IMG/VR virus record: IMGVR_UViG_2595698668_000001
Location: 167,744 to 231,743 of that record
Length of the DNA stretch: 64,000 nucleotides
Direction: 5' to 3' (one strand)
Source: a virus
Lineage: Duplodnaviria > Caudoviricetes
The notes under the pieces: generated by a model
What the model was told of the DNA's origin: nothing
Seen by the model: only the letters and a program-made list of their open reading frames with translations
The model's database searches: none
Part shown: piece after piece, positions 55,501 to 64,000 of the stretch
Layout of the letters: each line of letters starts with the position of its first letter
Position numbering within the stretch: position 1 is the stretch's first letter
Translations under genes and position numbers: made by a program

Positions 55501-58445
55501 TCAAATACATTAACACACAAAGTACGAGCTTCTTGCCAAGACAGGTTAATCATAGCCTGTTGTTGCCCACCACGAGTATCGTAGTATCCTGTCCAGCCCT
55601 TTCCATTGTTCGGACGATAACCAATCAACCACATAAGGTTATCCATATGTTCCATTACTACTTTAGCATTAGGCCATTTGTCGAAGTTTTTCATTTTACT
55701 TGTACCCATTCGTTGTTTTCATGATAAATAGAGTCTGATTCGCGGAAGAATACCGGAAGGTCGTCGAATTCTTGAACAAGGCTTTCAGCAATCATCTTCA
55801 TAATCTCGATACCTTCTTGGTTGTGACCAATAGAGATATAAACCTTATCTCCCTCGTAAACAAATCCATCGATTTCCTCTTTCTGAGAAACGGTACACAT
55901 AAACATGTTTCGTTTTCCACTCTCTGAGTTAAAGACGACGGAAAAGTTTTTGAAGTCGTAAGAATGAATCGTTGCAAATCCACCAACGCCACTGGTATTC
56001 TTCGCATGAATCCGTTGAACAAGATTATGAACAACGTGGCCGATGTCGGTGATGTTCATGTTATGATTGCTGATGTCAACAAAAATAGAAGTACATACGC
56101 TCATAATAAAATTCCTTAATTGTGTTTTGTTTCGACAAATAGAGGATACCTTTATTGATATCCTCTTGTCAACATGTTTAATCAACAAATTTCAGGGAAG
56201 GACAGAATTTTTCTTTCTTCGCTTTCAGGAAAGATACAATCAACGATTCTTTATATTCTCCATTGGCTTTTTCTTCTAGCTTCTTGGCGTCCCGCTTCCA
56301 TTTCTTTTGGCGGGCAGAACTCTTAACATGGTCGTATAGAATGGCTACCCCAACCATAATTGTAACAAAAATTGCAATCAATACAGCACCAATCAAAGGA
56401 GAAGTTACCAAAACAATACCACTTGTGATACCAAATGCTTTCAGAGTAGCCAACCCAACACTCGCCATTGCAAAAATAAATAGGGTTGCTAATCCAGATA
56501 CCATAACCAAAGCCCAAACAGTTTTCCAAAAATATGGACACAAACTAGTCGGGATTTTGTTGAACAGTGTGTTAAGTAGACGATAATGCCAGCTTGATTT
56601 GTTAATATTCATTTTTATTCCTTTTCAATTTTCCAGTTGATGATGAGATTATCTAATGTACTCATCTTTTTATCGCCGCGATTATAACCTATATGATCAT
56701 AAAAGTCCCATACACTATCAAAATAAATTTCTTGATTTTTGTAGTAGTCTGTTTCTCCAATAGATTTATTCAACCGTTCATTACTACCGGGATCGCTCGT
56801 ATCATACCGACCGAATACACCCTTGTCAATGACCCCCATATGTTTGTCATACCACCGGTTTAGGATACGACCGACAAACCCCTCAATAGAGGTAAGTTGA
56901 CGATACCAACCGCCTTTTGGGTGTCCGTCATAAATCCGGATCCGATATAGCTGTGTGATCGGGTGTTCATAAAATTTATAAGTATAAACTTTATCCATTA
57001 CTGAGTTCCTTTAAGATACGAATAGACTCTTCACGCATTGCCTTCATTTGGGTTGTCCACCAGTGCCAATGAAGGGTCTTACATTGGGCAGCCGCTTCAT
57101 TTGCTTTCTCTTCTGAGTCAAAAACATACTTGACGGTTTTGAATCGGATGAAAGAGTCTTCCACCAACTCACCTTCTGTTTGGTCAACAGGACAATAATC
57201 CCGTTTGGAAATGTATATCCGGTCACCAGAAACCTTGGTTACTAGGTTTGGTTTTGAAGAAACCACGCCACCATGGAAAATCGATTCAGTTAAAATCCAT
57301 TTGTCAACTAGATGTGCGTGTTTTTCTACTTTTTCTTTCTTACTCATTTACCACCTCAAACTTGTCAGTGTTCATCTCTTCGAGATGACCCCATTCACTA
57401 GTACCCAACGAGATGACTTTCCCTTCTTCTGTGACGATTACGTAATCACGAGCACAAATATCCAAACAATCACCATCTACTGTTGGAGGATTATAAGCCT
57501 CTTGACCATCAAATGGAATCTGTTTCAGAACATAAACCCATTTGATGTTAGGAAACAACCCTTTCAGGTTAGCCAATGCATGTTCACATTTAACATACTT
57601 ATATGAATCGACATGCCAACTTTCGCCATAGAATTCATTTACATTATCAAAATCAATCATAAATTACCTTAAAATTGAATACTCGGAGAAACCATATAAC
57701 TTTCGACATCCATATGTGGGAAGTACGTGATTGTCAAGGTATCAACCCCTTTAACCATTCGATCCTCGACTGGAACAAGACGGTTAATCTCCTTCCGGAT
57801 CTCCTTGAGGTCATCTTTAACACTATGAGTTTTCCCACGGACCTTTTTACCAGAAAGGCTAATTGTGGTTTTTCCAAGTACATTACTATAATATGAAGTG
57901 ATATAAACCATACTTTTCTCCTTTGTCGGTGTATTGGTATGTTCTCATTCAATACACCTTTTGTCAACTACTTATACAGACAAACACCAAATATCTTGAG
58001 TCTCTGTGTCGTCTCGAACTACATCTAGTTCGCCCCAACAATCAGTTTTCTTCGCAATTTCAATTGCTTCCTCTTCTGAGTTTGCATATACATAAGCAGT
58101 CTTGTGCCCGCGAACGTATCCACTAATCTCTTTTCTTACCTCATATTCTTTCATCTGGCTCATCTTTTACCCCTTATAATTCTTTTCAAGTACATCAATG
58201 ACGTGAGAAACCATAGCTTTGTTTTTATTCTTTTCCCTACTGAATTCCCTGATATCCATAGAGAAAAGACTTTTTGGGAGAGAGAATGCTCTCATCAAAA
58301 ATCCATCACCCCGAGCTGATGAATCATCAATAAAGAAGTCATATTCATCTTCCCAAACACGAATTTCTCGTAGATATTTCTTGACAAATTGAGAAATTGT
58401 AATCTCAATTGTTTTTGTTGTTACTACTTGATATGTATATTTCAT
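52561..58445 (-). other. Array of ~17 small early hypothetical ORFs (52561-52818, 52878-53255, 53311-53622, 53624-53851, 53929-54246, 54259-54486, 54554-54760, 54757-55314, 55314-55709, 55691-56188, 56178-56612 membrane, 56615-56998, 56991-57347, 57340-57660, 57669-57911, 57972-58163, 58167-58445)
   Basis: Co-oriented ORFs with strong RBSs and TTGAC-type promoters in the gaps. Confidence 0.7.
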
Positions 58446-59161
58446 CAGTAAAATTCCGCTGTTGCTATTTCGACCATAGGACTTACCCCATGCCATTCAG
58501 AAAGATAAATCGACGTGTCTACACCACATCCCGGATCAAGACGGATACCGGTTTGTTCGGTGAACTTCAAATACTTGTTTGATTGTTCTTTGTCACAAAA
58601 TGAACGTACACCACTATATTTAAATCCAGCACTCATTTGCGGGATAATAAAGACCCCGTATTCAGATACCTTACTAGCGGCCTCTATTACCTTATATTCG
58701 AATTCTGCCCCAGTATACCGACCTTTATAACCAGATGTATTGATGTTACCAAAAGGTGGGTTGCTAATACAAAAATCAAACCGGTCATTAGTGTTATCAC
58801 AGTATTCCAGTGCGTCACCACGGATCCAGTTTGCATTAGGTACGACTCGTTTACCAACCTCAAAATACTCGTGGTTCAATTCAACACAAGTAATATCGTT
58901 GTCATACAACCAGAAAGACAGGCCACCAATACCAGCACACAGATCCAATACAGAGCGATCTGGATTGACTTCAATCATTGCATCACGAGCTAACATGACT
59001 GGGGTGAAGAATGCACCAGCAAGTCCATTCATCTGGGTTGCTCCCTCTTGGTAATTCTCAAGGATAAAACAACGTTCATCCCATGAGAGGACTTTATCAG
59101 AGTGAACAAGATCCATAGCCTTGTTATGGAGTTTCAAAGCCTGTTTGCTGATCTTAGCCAT
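58445..59161 (-). CDS. Amino (N6-adenine) DNA methyltransferase
   Basis: AFFTP motif X, VLDLCAGIG motif I, ISNPPFG motif IV (gamma-class order). Confidence 0.85.
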   Translation of the reverse strand: MAKISKQALKLHNKAMDLVHSDKVLSWDERCFILENYQEGATQMNGLAGAFFTPVMLARDAMIEVNPDRSVLDLCAGIGGLSFWLYDNDITCVELNHEYFEVGKRVVPNANWIRGDALEYCDNTNDRFDFCISNPPFGNINTSGYKGRYTGAEFEYKVIEAASKVSEYGVFIIPQMSAGFKYSGVRSFCDKEQSNKYLKFTEQTGIRLDPGCGVDTSIYLSEWHGVSPMVEIATAEFY

Positions 59162-59164
59162 TGG

Positions 59165-62100
59165 TCATTTACTCCATCGCTTATATTCAGTTGGGCAAAT
59201 GTCTTGGACCGGACATTCATCACAATAGCCTGATGTATGCATCACTTCTACACCGGGCTTGGTCACTTCTTCCCATACATCATTATCAAGTGTCTCGTTA
59301 TGGATACAGCCCCAGATTTCTGCTTCTTTCCGTCCCCAGTAAAAGATTGGCATTGTGTTAGCAATCTTGGTGCACAGTTTTTGAAGCTTCTTCTTATCGT
59401 TCATCACATTACGTTTTTGAACGGCTTTCAGTTCTTTGTACTCTTCTTCTGTCAAAATATATTGCATTACACAAACTCCAATTTAAGGAAAGACCCTTGG
59501 AGATGACCGACGTTTCGGCCACCCATAGATGGAACACCAAGATAAGAATCCCAATCAATTCCGTACTGAGATTTTTGTGGGAAAAGAACAACAATAATAG
59601 AACGAATATCTGGCTCGTTCGTGGTCCCGCTATTCCACAAGTAGGTTCCGGGGGTTTTTGGTGTATAAGGTGAAAAACTACTCAGGTTAATCTCCATCAC
59701 TTACCCTCTTTCAACATATCGATAAACGCACCACGAATTGATTCTTTGCATTCGTCTGTGTTTTGGTTACTACCACACCAGATAGACTCCGCAACACCTT
59801 TAAGGCCCTGTTCCTGCACGTTAACGGCGGCATAACCAACGAGAGCAAATTGTGCGACAACCATCAAGAGGATACCAATAATGAACACGGTAAAGATCTT
59901 GTTGAAGTGACGGAAAAACCAAGGCTGGTTACTGTTAAAATTGCGCATATTTTATTCCTCAAGATTAATATAAAAATTTGATGGTGTGATATTTGAGCCG
60001 ATTGACTCAAGTTCTTTATAAATATCACGTTCGCGAATCTTAAGCTGTTTAATCTCTTTTGTCAACGCGATCTCTTTACTTTTAATATGGCGGCTCAGAT
60101 CGAATTTTTTCTTGATATACTCAGATACTTCTGGGTCATTCATAGCCCATTCCATCATCATGGTCTTTGTGAATTTCGGTTGTCCACGCAAAATAATTTC
60201 TTCTGAATCAAGAAAAGCTTCGATCTCCGTCTTAGAAAATGGCATGGTGTAACCCGGATGATAATTCACTGTTTTCCTGTCTTCGCTAATGACAACTGGT
60301 CGGAAGAATTCATCCTCTTCAATAGTAAACCATTTCGGATATGCACATACATCTCTGATACTATTATATAAATCGATATTGTTGTTGGCGATAAACAAAT
60401 CCCAATTCTTTTGACTTTTAAACTTATATTTCTTTTTCATCTTATTTTCCGTTCAAAAATTGTTTCAGTTGTTCTTTACATTGGTCGAGTTCAATACGAG
60501 CTTGTGCTTTAGCTGCCTTATTGACTTCATTCCGAATAGTATTGCTGTAGATCCAATGGTTATCAGTACCACCAGAAGTCGTTACAGAGATACCATTTTT
60601 GATAATATCTTCTAAAACTTTGATTTGGTCAATGATTTTATGGGATTGTTCGTAAGTCATGTTATATCTCCTAATTATCCAAGGTCTTGAAGGATGAGGA
60701 TGGTTCGGTTAGCTGGGTCGGCGTGAACATCATAGAACCCTTTATATTGACCGTCTGTGATGACGAAAGAGTTACCCCAACCGATGGATACCTTTTGGTA
60801 ATTGATATCGTGGCGCTTGAAGAAACGTTCTGCCATTTCTTCGCTGTGACCAGACAACCATTTGACTTCAACTGCGTAAGCACCAGTAGGAAGGAGTTCG
60901 AAATTTTTCATGATATTACCTCTTAGTTGAACCATGGGTCGTTAATCATTTCTTCTAAACGAGCTTGGATTTCTTTAATCTCTTGCTCGTAATCAGCGAG
61001 AAGACCAGCATATTCTTTTTTGGCGTTATCGTCAAGGTCTTTTGACAACATATTTCGACAGTATGCGGCCTGTTTGTCAAGCGATTCTAACTTCTTCATG
61101 TTCAGTTCAACGTAATGGTTCATATCGTTTCCTCCGAATCAACAAAGCCCATTCTACATGAACGGGCTTAAAATGCAACTACTATTTTTGGAAACTATCC
61201 TAATTCATGTAAGCCTGATATAGATAAATTTTTGGACCATAATGAGAATATTTCTCAATCCACAAAAATTCATGCACCAGACCAAACTTGTTTGTGGCTT
61301 CCCAGATATACCCATCGTCACGATTTGCGTTAACCTTGGTAAATTCTGGTTTCTTTGTGCACTTGAATGGACCAAAGCGACCATCCCAAAACTCAGTACC
61401 GATATCAATTTTTTCGATTATGTCTTTCATAGTTGAACCTCGTAATATGACTGTATGATATCATTGACTGTTCCAATAGAACAAGACTTGATATTATCCT
61501 TACTGGTGTAGTATGTCATTACTAAAACATCTTCGCCTTGTATGCACATTTCAGATACAAAGAAATCGTATGTGTCATCATATCCATATTCGGTGATTTT
61601 ACCAGTGGACCCTACTTGTAGTCGATCTGTTATCACCCTGTTTACATCATGTCCGGGTGGGGTGTTGATCCCATGTTCGACATGTTCGATATCATCACCG
61701 TGTTTTTCTTGAAACTCAGTACTAGACATATAGACAGGGTGGTTTCCGAATGGATTAGGTGTGATCTGACGTCCATTGGTAACATGAACAAAAATTTGGA
61801 TATCACCTTTCATATAGACTGTATAATAACCGAACGTCATTTTCTTGACAAAATCATTTAGCTTTATATTCATCACAAGTCCTCACAGAGTAACAAAGTA
61901 ATAGATACCGTAATACCAAAGGATCTCAGTAATAGTACCAATTGGGTGTTGACTAACAGTCAGTTTGCCATCACCAAACAACTTGTTATTGATTACCGCA
62001 ATACGAAGAAATGGTGCATTCCAATGGAAGTATGTACCAATAACCATAAGTACCAGAGAAAAACATTCCCAAGCAGACAAAGTAAACAACCAAGTATTGA

Positions 62101-64000
62101 TAGATTCGAACATAATAATTTCCTCAGTTAAATTTGGCTACAACAGCCATAAAGTTTTCGACGTTTTCATTAAAGAACTTGATTACCGCATCACATGCTT
62201 CGAGTTGAGTTTTCTTCTTACGAAGAACCGGCTTACCAACACTACTCAGTAGGACTTTAAACTTGGTTTCGTCTTCGTGTATGATGAATTGAATGATGCG
62301 CCCGTTGAAATATTTTACACCAGTTTCAACCTCTTTACCAGTTGCAATGAATGCAACGGTAGTATCAGCTTGTCCAATACACCAGCTAGGATATGCCTGA
62401 ATGTATGGAAGAAGAACAGGATCTACCTTAGAAAGGATATAATCCGCATTCTTTTGCATTTCTGCGAGACGGGTGGCCTTGTTTACTTCATATTCGTTAG
62501 CAGTCATGATTTCTTCCTCTTGTTTCGATATGGATAATGTAACCTATCTATTTTTAAAAAGCAATAGCCATCTCATCACAATGTCGATAAACATATGATT
62601 TTCTTCCAACGAATACGCGATAGCTTCCACCAATGGTTACTTTGACGTCAGTAATTACACCGACATCAACTCCATATCGAAGAAGGTTTTTATCAACAAG
62701 TTCTTTCTTGATGATGTTAACGAAGTCCACTGACATAATTTTCATAGCTACTTTTCCTTACGAACTTCAAGCCAGACCAACAAACCAAATATTACTGCAA
62801 CACCAACCAAAGTTTCAAGAACAAAAACATTAAAAAATGTCATAAAATCTCACATATCCAAATAAATATTGCTTGCTTTTTCTAGGTCTTCTTCACCGAA
62901 AAAACTGTAAACAAGACCGTCCATTCCCATGGTGGATTCATCCCCTTCCCGTTCTTCCCACTCGTATTTTATTCCGGATAGTTCGAGTTGAGTTTCAAAC
63001 ATAGAAGCTGAATTATTCCAGTGGTCAAACCATAATGTATAATACATTTCACACCCCATATTCTCTTTTGTAAAGTTCAATATCATCATTGGTAAGGTAT
63101 GATGAACTACATTTTGTCATATAGCAAGCACTTTCATTATTCATCTTAAAGATTCTGGCCGAACCTATTGATAAATAAGGAATTTTATTAAGGTTGAGGA
63201 ATGAGTCAACCCATTCCTCTTTACCTTCAACCTCAAGTTTAACAAGTCCGTCGTTCATCTCGGATCCTCTCAACCAGACCACCAACACCAACCTCAAGAT
63301 CGTTACAAAAATAAGAAGGTAGATCGTCGTTGTAAAGTGTAATCAAATGACCGTAACCGACAGTCAAGATCTCTTCATTACCTTCAATATCAACGATAAT
63401 AGAGTCCGATTTGAAGAAATCTTTTACCTCAAACCATACATGTTTAAGTCGGTCTGCATCGTCATAATAAGAAGCTCGTACAACGTCACCAACCTTAAGT
63501 TCTTCACGTTCACCAAACGTATACAAACAACCGTCAATAAAGGCGTAATGCCACTGAGTTGTGTTACAGTGAGATGTAGGTGTTTTGTAATAGTAACTAT
63601 GAACAGAATCAAATTTGATGTCTACACCGTTTTCTAACTTGATCTGACCATACATATGATTCAGATCGACAATTTTTGATTTCAGGTTACCATCATTGAA
63701 CGAGTCACCAATAACCAATCGTTTCCAAGTATTCTTTTTCCAGAAAATCACACGTCTTCCCTCAGTTTTTCGATATCTTGTTCGATATCATCAATCTGAC
63801 CACGGAGTTTTTCCCGCTCCCAATAATGGTCAACTCCCGTCATCGCCTCGATATTGAAATATTCTTCAATATCGTTATCAAGTTCACGAACTTTAAAATA
63901 GAGATCCATGATCTCAGACTCATGCTTATGACCAACCGGGAGAAAACGAGATGGATAGACCAGATTTTTAATCCCTACCAATTCAACAAGATTCTCAGTC
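59165..64000 (-). other. Array of ~16 small early hypothetical ORFs (59165-59467, 59467-59700, 59697-59948, 59952-60440, 60442-60660, 60675-60935, 60923-61123, 61200-61430, 61427-61876, 61883-62113, 62124-62507, 62554-62745, 62850-63089, 63049-63297, 63239-63751, 63748-end)
   Basis: Co-oriented, often overlapping ORFs typical of T4-like hyperplastic regions. Confidence 0.7.

Overview
This window is a 64-kb segment of a T4-superfamily (Straboviridae-like) myovirus genome. The repeated late-promoter motif CTAAATA and a very large gp36-type fibre suggest an Aeromonas phage Aeh1/65-like lineage (inference). Positions 1-26.7 kb hold baseplate and tail morphogenesis genes: wac, 12, 11, 10, 9, 8, 7, 6, 25, 5.4, 5.1, 5, 27, 53, 48 on the minus strand, and 4, 2, 54, 26/51, 29, 3, 1, 57A on the plus strand. 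Positions 26.7-38.6 kb hold a J-domain protein, 11 tRNA genes interleaved with several ORF-free, highly base-paired segments (candidate ncRNAs of about 70, 150, 275, 550 and 235 nt), a P-loop kinase, hoc, a ParB-like protein and tk. Positions 38.6-43.9 kb hold lysozyme e, a 1329-aa tail fibre and the spanins. Positions 43.9-64 kb are minus-strand early genes: macrodomain, ADP-ribosyltransferase, asiA, topoisomerase gp52, ndd, YqeY, an adenine methyltransferase and many small hypotheticals. The main leads are the large structured RNAs in the tRNA cluster, a probable -1 frameshift fusing gp26 to an unannotated gp51-like ORF just before the tape measure gene, and a twice-occurring origin-like element whose GC hairpin block is inverted between copies. 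All calls come from reading motifs by eye; no searches or folding programs were run.
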